Below, piece by piece: positions 63,899 through 64,000 of a stretch of DNA of 64,000 nucleotides; position 1 is the stretch's first letter; every line of letters starts with the position of its first letter. The position numbers were made by a program, and so were the translations under genes. The stretch covers positions 2,728,001 to 2,792,000 of the forward strand of contig NC_081333.1 of assembly GCF_022539665.2 (NCBI RefSeq), given 5' to 3'. Source of the stretch: Daphnia carinata (lineage: Eukaryota). The notes under the pieces are model-generated. The model ran no database searches, was not told the DNA's origin, and worked only from the letters and a program-made list of their open reading frames with translations.

Positions 63899-64000
63899 CT
63901 ACACGTCAATCAAGCAAAAAAGGTTATACTAGATTAAATATTTCTTGTCGACAGCGTGAAACGTGTGAAATTGACATTTTAAATATGCACACGTTTTCCA

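Overview
Eukaryotic genomic DNA, most likely a branchiopod crustacean (Daphnia-like). That is inferred from the ~55-80 bp GT-AG introns, the gene content and the homopolymer-rich non-coding DNA. Twelve spliced protein-coding genes can be reconstructed: Cdk4/6 (5' part outside the window), a divergent NK-class Barx/Bsh-like homeobox gene, two tandem M14A carboxypeptidases, RanBP3, jagunal, an aldo-keto reductase, a vitellogenin-like LLTP, SRRM1/SRm160, Dlish, mRpS15 and the 3' end of an Rdl-like GABA-gated channel. A composite mobile-element block (~31.8-38.2 kb) contains convergent decayed genes, a ~1.7 kb foldback element enclosing three tRNA-like heads, and a MITE. The most interesting unexplained signals are non-coding. 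(1) Four stem-loops with an invariant loop motif but different, compensated stems lie in the large SRRM1 intron. (2) A (CCTAA)n tract at 49.5 kb sits inside nested long-range pairing, making it a telomerase-RNA candidate; a telo-box/TCT promoter is the alternative reading. (3) An adjacent 48.0-49.5 kb locus is hairpin-dense and lacks a credible ORF. All alignments and pairings were done by eye and family comparisons are from memory; no search or folding program was run.
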